64,000 nucleotides of DNA, taken from positions 2,272,001-2,336,000 of the forward strand of contig CAXXHB010000003.1 of the NCBI GenBank assembly GCA_963664815.2. Direction: 5' to 3'. The stretch's first letter is position 1. Every line of letters begins with the position of its first letter. Below are positions 1 through 9,673 of the stretch, piece after piece. Under the pieces are notes generated by a model, which saw nothing but the letters and a program-made list of their open reading frames with translations, had not been told where the DNA came from and made no database searches. The position numbers and the translations under genes were made by a program. Origin of the DNA: Spirochaetota bacterium. GTDB taxonomy: Bacteria > Spirochaetota > UBA4802 > UBA5550.

Positions 1-58
1 GATTATTCAATTAATACGCCATTATACCGGAATCTTCCGGATCAGTCTTATAAAATCA

Positions 59-2239
59 CTATTTTATCATTTTATTATTTCTCAGTGCAAAAATTACCAT
101 ATTTCTCATAACCCTCTCTTTAACTGAAGCAGGTTTTTCAAGTTTCATATATTTAAGAAAAACCGCCGCAGATTTCGGTACAGGTCTTATTGTTTCCATA
201 ATAAGTCCACTGAGCAGTTTTAATGGATCTCCGGCCGCAAGATTTTTCATAACCTTCAGCGAATTCCCCAGCATCATCTCTTCCGGCTTTAAATCCGTTC
301 CAAAGGGAAAAGGCTGAAAAAATCCCCTTTCACGATATGGCTGCAGAAGTTTATTAATTCTGTCGGGAGTGTTATTACGGAATTCCTCCGGAATCTCATA
401 ATCCACTGAAATCTTTTTAGCTTTTTTAGCCTGCTCAAGCAGCTGTTTCTGGAATCTTGAATCAGCAATATTCAACATCGCCGCGATAACCTCTGCATCG
501 GGTTTGCCTCTTACATCGGCTATTCCATACTCGGTAACTACAATATCCCTCAAATGTCTTGGAACTGAACAGTGCCCGTAACTGAATACAATATTGGACT
601 TTAAGGCTTTTCCGGAACCTTTTGTACTTTTTACCATCATAATAAGCCTGCCGTCTCTCAGTGCATGTGCCATTGCGACAAAATTATACTGTCCCCCTAT
701 GCCGCTTACCACCCTCCCGTCCTGAAGCTGGTCTGAAGCGATAGAGCCAAGAAGTGTTGCAGTCATACCGGTGTTTACAAATCTGCCATCCTTTCTCTGA
801 AGAGTTCTCAACTCTTCATCTCCGTACAGCTGGTTGACCTTCTCCACGCCGGACATGCCGAACTGCTGTCTCTCCTCTTCGCTCATATCGTTAAGTGCTT
901 TATAAAATGACTGAGGACCGAAATAAAAGGCACCAAGTATTACCTGTCCCCCCAGAAGCTCTTTCCCGATAATATTTCTTATTTTGATCCTGTTACCACT
1001 ATCGGCAAGATCAACCGGGTAACTCTCGCCACCGTCGATTATTGCGTTCTCAGTAAATTTTACATCTTTTTTCAGTATTCCGAATTTAATTAAAAAATTA
1101 AAATCATCCTCATCAACCCTTGAATGGATTGCCTTCATCTCTATCAGTTTATCGATAATATCCTGAGGAATTTTATCAGCGGATAGCTCGTTATTATTAA
1201 TAAGTTTCATCAAAGGTACACTGTCAAAAACCTTCCGTTTAAGAATTTTACTTTTATACATCTGCATAAATGCATCAACAAACATCTCGGATGACCCGTA
1301 AAGTCCCTGCGTAAATACACCCGTATCTCCCCATTTTTTTATAAGGGTTCCATTCTTTGACAAAAGTCCGGCCTTCTCTATAATCTCCCTGTATACTCCG
1401 TTATGTTCATTCCGCATTATAAGCCCGGCCACAATTGCATCGCCCAGTGCGCCTATTCCGACCTGTATTGTTCCTCCATCCTTCACAAGTGTGCTTACAT
1501 TAATCCCGATCATATGATCAGCTGGTGCTACAGGATCCTTCGGCGCTCCGAAAAGTTTGTAGTTAAACTTTTCTCCCTGCAGTATATAATCATATTCTTC
1601 TTTTTCCACCACTGCATCTCCATACATAAACGGGAGATTTATATTAGCCTCGCCGACAGTGACTACTTTCCTCCCCTCTTCCCTGAGCCTGTGGTACTCA
1701 GTTTTGAGTGCTTCAACTCCTACATCAGTATTGCATCCCATGGAATACATCACCTTTCCGTCAAATTCACGAACTGATAAAAGCTGGGCAAATACATTCC
1801 CACCGTTATCAATCCCATCCCTTACACAATGTGTATAATTGGAGGATATATGCCTTAACTGTGAATGCTCATCATTCAGATTGGCGCCTGCTTTGCAGAA
1901 AAATTCAAATATCTCAACGTTTTTCGGCAGTTTACCATCTCTGAGGTCAAGCATGTATTCGAATTCAGGCACACCGTCAAATATTCTCTCAGCTATAGGC
2001 TTAAGAAATCTTTTTTCAATATCGGTATGCCCTTTAGGCTTTTCAAGCGAAAGTGCTGTCAGAATATTAAGCTTTATTTCCGGGTCCTCTTTTGCCCTCC
2101 GGTATATTTCATTGGCCAGCTTCAGCGATTTTCCAAGCGCCAGCGGCATGGTCAGGTTTACCTTTTTATCCAGGTACTTAATAATCTGATCCGCGCATGC
2201 TGCCACATCATCCGTTACAACACCCATTTTCCCATTCAT
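59..2239 (-). CDS. Acetyl-CoA hydrolase/CoA-transferase family protein (long form)
   Basis: DGGTIQVGIGALG, SEMFVD, SGIGGQYNFV and RHLRDIVVTEYGIADVRG motifs of the AcetylCoA_hydrolase family. Confidence 0.9.
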   Translation of the reverse strand: MNGKMGVVTDDVAACADQIIKYLDKKVNLTMPLALGKSLKLANEIYRRAKEDPEIKLNILTALSLEKPKGHTDIEKRFLKPIAERIFDGVPEFEYMLDLRDGKLPKNVEIFEFFCKAGANLNDEHSQLRHISSNYTHCVRDGIDNGGNVFAQLLSVREFDGKVMYSMGCNTDVGVEALKTEYHRLREEGRKVVTVGEANINLPFMYGDAVVEKEEYDYILQGEKFNYKLFGAPKDPVAPADHMIGINVSTLVKDGGTIQVGIGALGDAIVAGLIMRNEHNGVYREIIEKAGLLSKNGTLIKKWGDTGVFTQGLYGSSEMFVDAFMQMYKSKILKRKVFDSVPLMKLINNNELSADKIPQDIIDKLIEMKAIHSRVDEDDFNFLIKFGILKKDVKFTENAIIDGGESYPVDLADSGNRIKIRNIIGKELLGGQVILGAFYFGPQSFYKALNDMSEEERQQFGMSGVEKVNQLYGDEELRTLQRKDGRFVNTGMTATLLGSIASDQLQDGRVVSGIGGQYNFVAMAHALRDGRLIMMVKSTKGSGKALKSNIVFSYGHCSVPRHLRDIVVTEYGIADVRGKPDAEVIAAMLNIADSRFQKQLLEQAKKAKKISVDYEIPEEFRNNTPDRINKLLQPYRERGFFQPFPFGTDLKPEEMMLGNSLKVMKNLAAGDPLKLLSGLIMETIRPVPKSAAVFLKYMKLEKPASVKERVMRNMVIFALRNNKMIK

Positions 2240-2527
2240 ATTGCACCTTCCTTATTATTTATAGATTAAATTATCACTGCAGGCACTAAACCCGTATACA
2301 TGCAATGATTCATTTACATATTCAGAAAGCTGCCTTATTCCCTCTCCGGTATGATGAGTTTTTTTATTCCTCTTAATTTTATTTTTTATTTAAAATCTTA
2401 AATCTTATAACTTTTCTTTTTAAAAAGTTCTTTTCCGCTATCAAATATTAATTCATCTTTTACATCTTCCGGGTACATTAATCTTTAACATATAAGCCTG
2501 GCCATGACATTTTCCGAAAAAACATAA

Positions 2528-2543
2528 ATGAATGACCATTAAT
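2528..2543. promoter_or_regulatory. Putative TetR operator upstream of the CoA-transferase
   Basis: ATGAATGACCATTAAT, near-palindromic; near-identical copy at 3211-3226 upstream of the adjacent TetR. Confidence 0.6.
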
Positions 2544-2573
2544 TTAAACGCCATAATTCATTTATCGCGGCAA

Positions 2574-3176
2574 TTAACTCCTCTCCGAAGCCCCGAGAGC
2601 CTTAAGTGAAAAATCATACATAAATGCAATTATATCATCCACAGAATACTGCCCATCAGGAGTATACCATATTCTTGAACGAGCTATCATTGATGCTATA
2701 AAGTAAACAGCCAGCCGTTCATTTTCGCATGAAAATATTTTTTCTTTTGTCCCGCGTTCCAGTACCGTTATACATATTCTGTCGTATTCATCGCGCTGTT
2801 TTATTATTTTTTTACGGTTTTTAGGCGTGAGATTATTCAGTCCTGAATCAAAAAGCAGTTTTGATTTTCTTCTTTCACCAAGAGTAAGACGAAGATGATT
2901 TTCAATAATCAGCTTTAATCCATCCCTTGGATCGATTGTATCATCCTTCTCCAGAGATCTTATTGGTGATAATATATCCTCCATTTCCTGATAAAGGATT
3001 TCGAAGAGTATGGTCTCTTTTTTATCAAAAAAATTATATATATTTGCCGGACGAAATCCGCATTCGCCGGCTATATCTTTCATACTTGTTTCGGCATAAC
3101 CCTTCTCCCAGAAAAGGCTGCTTGATTTCGATAAAATTAGTTTCTGCTGAAATTTACTTTCTTTTTCTTCGGGCAT
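2574..3176 (-). CDS. TetR/AcrR family regulator (KstR2-like C-terminus)
   Basis: N-terminal HTH LFWEKGYAETSMKDIAGECG...IYNFFDKKE; C-terminal WYTPDG. Confidence 0.92.
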   Translation of the reverse strand: MPEEKESKFQQKLILSKSSSLFWEKGYAETSMKDIAGECGFRPANIYNFFDKKETILFEILYQEMEDILSPIRSLEKDDTIDPRDGLKLIIENHLRLTLGERRKSKLLFDSGLNNLTPKNRKKIIKQRDEYDRICITVLERGTKEKIFSCENERLAVYFIASMIARSRIWYTPDGQYSVDDIIAFMYDFSLKALGASERS

Positions 3177-3210
3177 ATTTTAAAAACCATAATATTGTTA
3201 TTTTATATTT

Positions 3211-3226
3211 ATGAATGATAATTAAT
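3211..3226. promoter_or_regulatory. Putative autoregulatory TetR operator
   Basis: ATGAATGATAATTAAT, 14/16 identical to 2528-2543. Confidence 0.6.
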
Positions 3227-3250
3227 ACAAATCTGTGTAAATTACAATTT

Positions 3251-3289
3251 TTTTTCGGTAAAAAATACTGAACTTTTTTTACCGAAAAA
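3251..3289. repeat. 15-bp perfect inverted repeat between divergent TetR and cyclase genes
   Basis: TTTTTCGGTAAAAAA-N9-TTTTTTACCGAAAAA. Confidence 0.6.
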
Positions 3290-3414
3290 CTCTGTTCTCT
3301 CAACACCCGGGAGATATAACCGCTTATTTTAAACTTAAATATATTAAAAAAATATCATTGCATGAATTTAAGTCAACATAGATTTTTTTCAAGGATTAAA
3401 ATGGTGAATTTATT

Positions 3415-4026
3415 ATGATAGACCTGACACACACTATTATTGATAATCTGCAGGTATATCCTGGAGATGAAAACCTGTCTCTTACCAGACAGAAAGACTT
3501 TTCCACTGATAAATTTACCGATTTTAAACTTATCACGGGAATGCATGCCGGAACGCATATTGACGGCCCGATGCATTTAACACAGGACGACAGGTATATT
3601 TCCTCATTACCATTGACATCATTTGTCGGAAAAGCCTGTGTCATTAATACAGGAAGTGAAATGGATATAAAATGGAAAGAATCATATTCAGAAATTATAA
3701 AAGAAAAAGATATTATCATAATTAATACAGGTTTTGGGAGATATTTCGGTACTGTAAAATATCTAATTGATAACCCTGTAATTAATGAGAGTTTTGCCGC
3801 TGCTGTTATTGAAAGAGGAATTAAAATGATCGGAATAGATCTGATGTCACCTGACAGTCAGCCGCATAAAATCCATAAAATGCTTTTATCAGCCGGAATT
3901 TTAATAGCTGAAAACCTAGCCAACCTTGACCGGTTAAGCTCTATCGGCAGCTTTGAGGTAATTGCATTGCCTCTTAAGATAAATTCCGACAGTTCTCCGG
4001 CACGGATTATTGCAAGAAAGATATAA
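3415..4026 (+). CDS. Cyclase family metal-dependent hydrolase (kynurenine formamidase-like)
   Basis: HAGTHIDGPMH (HxGTHxDxPxH), IGID, ENL and SPARIIA motifs. Confidence 0.9.
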   Translation: MIDLTHTIIDNLQVYPGDENLSLTRQKDFSTDKFTDFKLITGMHAGTHIDGPMHLTQDDRYISSLPLTSFVGKACVINTGSEMDIKWKESYSEIIKEKDIIIINTGFGRYFGTVKYLIDNPVINESFAAAVIERGIKMIGIDLMSPDSQPHKIHKMLLSAGILIAENLANLDRLSSIGSFEVIALPLKINSDSSPARIIARKI

Positions 4027-4065
4027 AACAATTCAAACCATAATTTTCTTTAATACCAGTATTAT

Positions 4066-4120
4066 TTCTCCCGGCCGTCTTCGGCGGCCGGGAGAACAGT
4101 CTTTCTTTTTTACACTAAAA
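4066..4120. repeat. Hairpin + TTTTACACTAAAA element, copy A (may also terminate the cyclase gene)
   Basis: 31-nt stem-loop TTCTCCCGGCCGTC-TTC-GGCGGCCGGGAGAA followed by TTTTTTACACTAAAA; homologous to copies at 35.2, 48.8 and 53.7 kb. Confidence 0.7.
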
Positions 4121-4154
4121 CTTATCAATTGATTAGCATTGAGATATTTTATAA

Positions 4155-4182
4155 TTGACATTTTGTAACCAATGGTTACAAT
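4155..4182 (+). promoter_or_regulatory. Sigma70-type promoter overlapped by a palindromic operator
   Basis: TTGACA-16 bp-TACAAT; perfect palindrome TGTAACC-AAT-GGTTACA at 4164-4180. Confidence 0.75.
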
Positions 4183-4319
4183 AATAACCATATTTATTAA
4201 ATATATTTAATTTTCAGGATTTAACAGTATTATAAAATTGTTATTCAATACCGCATGCCGGAGAAGATGATATCAGGCCGGTTATTTTTCAGATTTTTAT
4301 AATATAAAGGGGGGATTTC

Positions 4320-5909
4320 ATGACACTGCCGGACCGCAACAATTCATATACATTCAGCGATTTTCTTCAATGGAGAAAAGATGTTGATTATTATGCCGAT
4401 GATACATTTGTGCAGAAAGCCCTTAAACATTTTTCGGGTAATGACTGGAATATTGCCGACAATGAAGCGCGCAGAACATCAAAGATGGCTTCGTACAGGT
4501 GGCGAGATATGGCTTCTTCCATATCATACCCTGAAAAAAGGCCTTACATGATGCATTATGACGGACACCATAACCGTATTGACAGGATAGTCCGCCCAAA
4601 AGAAACCGAAATTATGGAAAAGGAGATTTTCGGTTTGCGCCTTTTTGCAGATGATTTTTCTCCATGGGTAAAACTGATCAGGATGCTGATAATATACCAG
4701 AATGGAGAGGCCTGTGTTGCTTGTCCCATGACCTGTACCGAGGGTCTTGTAAAGCTTCTTGAAAAATATGCCGACACCCCGGAAACACTGCATATACTAA
4801 AACACTGTAAAGACGGGATTGACGGTGATGTTGCAATCGGCGCACAGTACCTTTCTGAAATACAGGGGGGATCAGATGTTCCTGCCAATATTCTTGAGGC
4901 TGTTAAAGAAGGTGATACATGGAAGCTTTACGGCAGCAAGTTTTTCTGTTCAGCCACTCATGCGGATTATGCTGTTGTGACAGCAAAGCCTTCCGGATCT
5001 GAAAAGGTTGCCCTTTTTGTAATGCCGTCATGGCTCCCCGGGAATAAGGAGAAAGAGATACGCAACGGCTATACTATTGACCGTATTAAATGGAAGATGG
5101 GTACAAGCGAACTTACAACCGGTGAATTAACATTCAACGGTGCTGTTGCATATCCTGTCGGTCCGCTTGAAAAGGGAGTTTCCAATGTAGTTGGAATTGT
5201 CCTTACTTACTCAAGGCTGACTGTCGGTCTATCAGCGGCTGCATTTATGCTCAGATCGGTAAGGGAGGCTGAAAAATACAGTGAGATGAGAGAGGCTTTC
5301 GGCATTACAATCGGGAAGTTCCCACTCGTAAAGGCACAGCTGAAAGAGATTGAACACCAAGCAAAAAGAACTACAGCGGGAGCATTCAGGGTATACAGCG
5401 AATTTATCAAATATTCTGAAAGATCTGACAAAAATGACAAAGGTGAAGACCATACATTTTTCAGGAAAAAATCTTTTGCCGTGAGGGAACTTGTAATGCT
5501 GCAGAAAATGACCGCATCAATGGATTCCACCGATGTTATAAGAAAAGCCATGTCAATTTTCGGAGGTCATGGTATAATGGAGGATTTCTCTTCACTCCCG
5601 CGGCTGTATCGCGATTCAGCCATAAACGAGTTATGGGAGGGTCCGCGGAATGTCCTTCTTACCCAGATTTATAATGATATTAAAAAGGCATCAGAATGGT
5701 ATAAACCTTATGATTTTATTAAAGACGTTCTCTATAATGCCGATACCGCAACTGTCAAAGAATTTTCTGACGAATTGAATGTTATTATTTCACATCCGAA
5801 CCTTTTCGGGAACGATGACAGAACAATCGAAATATGCAGCATGTGGGACAGTTTCTGCCACAGGCTTTTTCATGCCTATCAGGACTGTGCGCTAAGAGAA
5901 ATAGATTAA
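4320..5909 (+). CDS. Acyl-CoA dehydrogenase family protein (AidB-like)
   Basis: CPMTCT, AQYLSEIQGGSDV, LYGSKFFCSA, KWKMGT, FGGHGIMEDF, ELWEGPRNV. Confidence 0.9.
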   Translation: MTLPDRNNSYTFSDFLQWRKDVDYYADDTFVQKALKHFSGNDWNIADNEARRTSKMASYRWRDMASSISYPEKRPYMMHYDGHHNRIDRIVRPKETEIMEKEIFGLRLFADDFSPWVKLIRMLIIYQNGEACVACPMTCTEGLVKLLEKYADTPETLHILKHCKDGIDGDVAIGAQYLSEIQGGSDVPANILEAVKEGDTWKLYGSKFFCSATHADYAVVTAKPSGSEKVALFVMPSWLPGNKEKEIRNGYTIDRIKWKMGTSELTTGELTFNGAVAYPVGPLEKGVSNVVGIVLTYSRLTVGLSAAAFMLRSVREAEKYSEMREAFGITIGKFPLVKAQLKEIEHQAKRTTAGAFRVYSEFIKYSERSDKNDKGEDHTFFRKKSFAVRELVMLQKMTASMDSTDVIRKAMSIFGGHGIMEDFSSLPRLYRDSAINELWEGPRNVLLTQIYNDIKKASEWYKPYDFIKDVLYNADTATVKEFSDELNVIISHPNLFGNDDRTIEICSMWDSFCHRLFHAYQDCALREID

Positions 5910-5978
5910 GCTATATAAAAGTTATATTCCTCTTCTGCAGCAGATATAAATGCTGTTTGAGCGGAATATGACTCATAA

Positions 5979-6578
5979 TTATTCCTTAAATTTTAACGCT
6001 ATTATTCTTCCCAGCTTCTTCATATGGGATATTACTTCTTCTCTGCTCCTGCCGGGATAGTTTCTGAAAGTGATCAGCACTCCGTTCATGGCGGCAAAGT
6101 ATGCGTGTGAAGTCATCCTTATATCCCCTTTCGAACCTGTTTTAATAAACAGCTTGTCAAGCTGATCAAGGAGGCGCCTTTCTGTTACATTCAGCCGTTC
6201 TACCAGTTCCCCGCTGAGTGACCCATCGAGCATGAAATTAGTCATCATCCTGAAATAACTGTCATTTTCAATAAGATATACTATAAATTTCTCTGTAACT
6301 TTCTCAATATTTACTTTTTTTCCGTCATTCACAATTGATTCAAAAAAACTGATAATCTCCGCCGAACCTTTCATAAAGGCTTCAACAAAAAGGGTCTGCT
6401 GGTTAGGAAAATACCTGTAGATTGAAGCATGTGATATACCGGCCTCTTTAGCTATATCCCTGATGCTCACTTTATCAAATGGTTTACCGGCGAATACCCG
6501 CTCTGCGGCGCTGATAATTGCATCCTGCCTCGCCTTTCTCTCATTTTTTTTCATTGAACCGAATGTATTTTTTTCCAT
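5979..6578 (-). CDS. TetR/AcrR family regulator
   Basis: HTH SIRDIAKEAGISHASIYRYF; convergent with the acyl-CoA dehydrogenase. Confidence 0.92.
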   Translation of the reverse strand: MEKNTFGSMKKNERKARQDAIISAAERVFAGKPFDKVSIRDIAKEAGISHASIYRYFPNQQTLFVEAFMKGSAEIISFFESIVNDGKKVNIEKVTEKFIVYLIENDSYFRMMTNFMLDGSLSGELVERLNVTERRLLDQLDKLFIKTGSKGDIRMTSHAYFAAMNGVLITFRNYPGRSREEVISHMKKLGRIIALKFKE

Positions 6579-6771
6579 ATATATTACACTTTTACTGAAT
6601 CTCTTTTTCAGCTATTATTTATTTTGTATCAGGATTATCATTCTGACTTATAATTAAGTCAATTTATAATTTTTTTATTATAAATTATCCTATAAGTTCC
6701 GGTTAAAGTATAATCTGTCCAGATCCCAAAATTTTCTTGACTAAAACATTTATTCAGATGATTTAAAATTT

Positions 6772-7434
6772 ATGAACGTTAAAATTGAGCAGTCATGGAA
6801 AGGCCATCTGGATCAAGAGTTTGAAAAAGATTACTTTATAAAACTCACTGATTTTGTGCGTAATGAATACCGTACAGGCGCGGTATATCCTCCGGGTAAA
6901 TATATCTTCCGCGCGTTTGATCTCTGCCCTTTTGATATGGTAAAAGTTGTCATTGTTGGACAGGATCCCTACCACGATAAAGGCCAGGCAAACGGTTTAT
7001 GTTTCGCCGTTGATACATCTATCAGCAAGCCTCCGTCTCTTATTAATATTTTCCAGGAGATTGAATCCGATCTCGGGAGAAAACCTCATGCTGATTCCAC
7101 ACTTCTTCACTGGGTAAACCAGGGCGTTTTTCTTCTTAATGCAACTCTTACAGTTAAGGCACACCAGGCGGCAAGCCATACCGGCAGGGGGTGGGAATTA
7201 TTCACGGATGCGGCGCTGCACCATCTTGCCGAAGAGAAAGACCGTCTTGTATTCATTTTATGGGGTTCATACGCGCAGAAAAAAGGGAGTTTTATAAATC
7301 CGCAACGCCATCTTGTCATTAAAACCCCGCATCCTTCACCGCTGTCAGCTTACCGCGGCTTTTTCGGTTCAAAGCCTTTTTCCAAAGCCAACGCCTATCT
7401 GCAATCGTCCGGAAAAGAGCCGATTGACTGGTAA
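6772..7434 (+). CDS. ung: Uracil-DNA glycosylase, family 1
   Basis: GQDPYH, PPSLINI, LLNATLTV, HPSPLS motifs. Confidence 0.97.
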   Translation: MNVKIEQSWKGHLDQEFEKDYFIKLTDFVRNEYRTGAVYPPGKYIFRAFDLCPFDMVKVVIVGQDPYHDKGQANGLCFAVDTSISKPPSLINIFQEIESDLGRKPHADSTLLHWVNQGVFLLNATLTVKAHQAASHTGRGWELFTDAALHHLAEEKDRLVFILWGSYAQKKGSFINPQRHLVIKTPHPSPLSAYRGFFGSKPFSKANAYLQSSGKEPIDW

Positions 7435-7708
7435 CAATTATTAATCCTGAATAATTAAACCTGTTCCTTCCTGAATAGAGTTCTCAACAACTAAAAAAAA
7501 TCCTGTGCCTTAAATTCATCTTGATTTTTTAAATCCGGTATTTTTTTATGATGATTCATTGATATTCAGAATTAAGCTTAGTACGATAAACTGACTTAAT
7601 ATAATAATTATTATAATAATGTCCTGTTTAGATAAATAATGAACTCTTAAATTAAATATATAATAATACAATAAATTAATCCCCGGAGTAATAACAAGTG
7701 ATTAGCTT

Positions 7709-9673
7709 ATGAAAAAAATAAAAAAATTACTGATAGCAAACAGAGGCGAAATTGCCTGCAGGATTATAAAAACATGTCAGAAAATCGGTATATCAACTGT
7801 TGCTGTATATTCCGATATCGACCGCGGCAGTTTATTTATGAAAATGGCCGATGAGGCAATCAATATCGGCCAACATGGACTTGAAACTTATCTTGACCAG
7901 GAAAGAATTATAGCAGCCGCAAAAAAGGTCAACGCATGCGCAATTCATCCCGGTTACGGTTTTCTGTCTGAAAATGCTTCCTTCATGTCGCGTTGTAAAG
8001 CTGAAGATATTATATTCATAGGTCCATCTTCTGAAGCCATAACAGCTATGGGATCTAAAATAACGGCACGCGAATTATGCGAAAAAATCGGCACGCCCGT
8101 TATACCAGGATTTGCAGTAAAAAATGAAACCGTTGAAGAGCTTGCATTAAAAGCTGAAAATATCGGATTTCCGGTTCTTATTAAAGCCTCTGCAGGCGGC
8201 GGCGGTATCGGAATTTTTATGGTAAATGATAAAAGCGCTTTCGCTGAAACACTTGAATCTGCCAGAAAGAAATCGATGGCTATTTACGGCGATGACAGCC
8301 TTCTTGTTGAGAAGTGCCTTAAATCTGTAAGACATGTGGAATTCCAGATACTTGGAGACACTCACGGCAACATTATACACTGTTTTGAAAGGGAATGTTC
8401 GGTTCAGCGCAGACACCAGAAAATGGTTGAGGAATCACCATCCCCTGTGATGAATGACGCACTCAGAAAGACAATGGGTGAAGCGGCAGTTTCTGTTGCA
8501 AGGGCCGTTAATTATACCAATGCCGGTACAGTAGAATTTGTTCTCGATGATAATGGTCAGTTCTATTTTCTTGAAATGAATACAAGACTCCAGGTTGAAC
8601 ATCCCGTTACAGAAGCTGTTACAGGACTCGATCTTGTCGGGATGCAGATAAAAATAGCTGAAGGCGAACCTCTCGGTGTAAAGCAGAAGGATCTTGCAAT
8701 CAATGGACATGCCATTGAATGCCGTATTTATGCAGAAGACCCCGAGAATAATTTTATCCCCTCATCCGGCAGGATACATCTCTGGAAGGAACCCTCCGGG
8801 ATCAGAATTGACTCCGGCATTGAATCTTCTTCAGAAATTTCCATAAACTTTGACCCGATGCTTGCCAAATTCATTTCTCATGCAGACAACAGGTCTGATG
8901 CAATCCGTATAATGAATTATGCTCTCAAAAATTCAGTCGCACTTGGAATTGCCACAAATATTGATTTCATATCTGATTTTTTAATGAATGAAATATATTA
9001 CAGCGGTGCGGTAAAAACTGATTACTTCGACAGCAGTTTCTCCACTATACCCGCAAGAGACTACTCTCCGGAAGAAATAAATTCACTGCTGGCAGCATCT
9101 GTAATTATCAGGATCGGTGATCATGATACTACAGATTGCGAATCCTCCTGGAAAGGAAAATATCACAGTTCCAGGCATTTATCTTTACGTATTCATGGAA
9201 AAGATTATACAGTCGGGCTGGTTAAAAAAAATAAAAACAGCTTCCAGGCTGAAATAGAAAAAAACATTCTCGATATTTCAATTACTGAAAAATCGGACAG
9301 ATATATTATATTATCAGTTAACGGATGGCAGAGCAAATTCAGTTATCATGCGTCTGAAGATAAAATATTTCTGCATTCAGCAAATACCGGTCATCAGACT
9401 ATAACAGAACTTTCCCGTTTTGATTCAATGGATTTTCAGCTTAACAGAAAAGAGGCATGCGAAGCTCCGATGGATGGAGTCGTCTCTTCAATCAAAGTGC
9501 GGGAAGGCGACAGCGTTGAAAAAGGACAGGTTGTTATTGCCATAGAATCTATGAAAATGGAATCGCTGGTATATTCAGACAAAACCGGTACAGTTAAAGA
9601 AATCTTCATCAGACAGGGAGATTACGTTAAAAAAGGATCAATACTTCTTGATATAACCATGGAGAACAATTAA
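7709..9673 (+). CDS. Acyl-CoA carboxylase alpha subunit (biotin carboxylase + BCCP)
   Basis: ANRGEIA, HPGYGFLSEN, RECSVQRRHQK, EMNTRLQVEH; C-terminal ESMKM biotinylation site. Confidence 0.93.
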   Translation: MKKIKKLLIANRGEIACRIIKTCQKIGISTVAVYSDIDRGSLFMKMADEAINIGQHGLETYLDQERIIAAAKKVNACAIHPGYGFLSENASFMSRCKAEDIIFIGPSSEAITAMGSKITARELCEKIGTPVIPGFAVKNETVEELALKAENIGFPVLIKASAGGGGIGIFMVNDKSAFAETLESARKKSMAIYGDDSLLVEKCLKSVRHVEFQILGDTHGNIIHCFERECSVQRRHQKMVEESPSPVMNDALRKTMGEAAVSVARAVNYTNAGTVEFVLDDNGQFYFLEMNTRLQVEHPVTEAVTGLDLVGMQIKIAEGEPLGVKQKDLAINGHAIECRIYAEDPENNFIPSSGRIHLWKEPSGIRIDSGIESSSEISINFDPMLAKFISHADNRSDAIRIMNYALKNSVALGIATNIDFISDFLMNEIYYSGAVKTDYFDSSFSTIPARDYSPEEINSLLAASVIIRIGDHDTTDCESSWKGKYHSSRHLSLRIHGKDYTVGLVKKNKNSFQAEIEKNILDISITEKSDRYIILSVNGWQSKFSYHASEDKIFLHSANTGHQTITELSRFDSMDFQLNRKEACEAPMDGVVSSIKVREGDSVEKGQVVIAIESMKMESLVYSDKTGTVKEIFIRQGDYVKKGSILLDITMENN

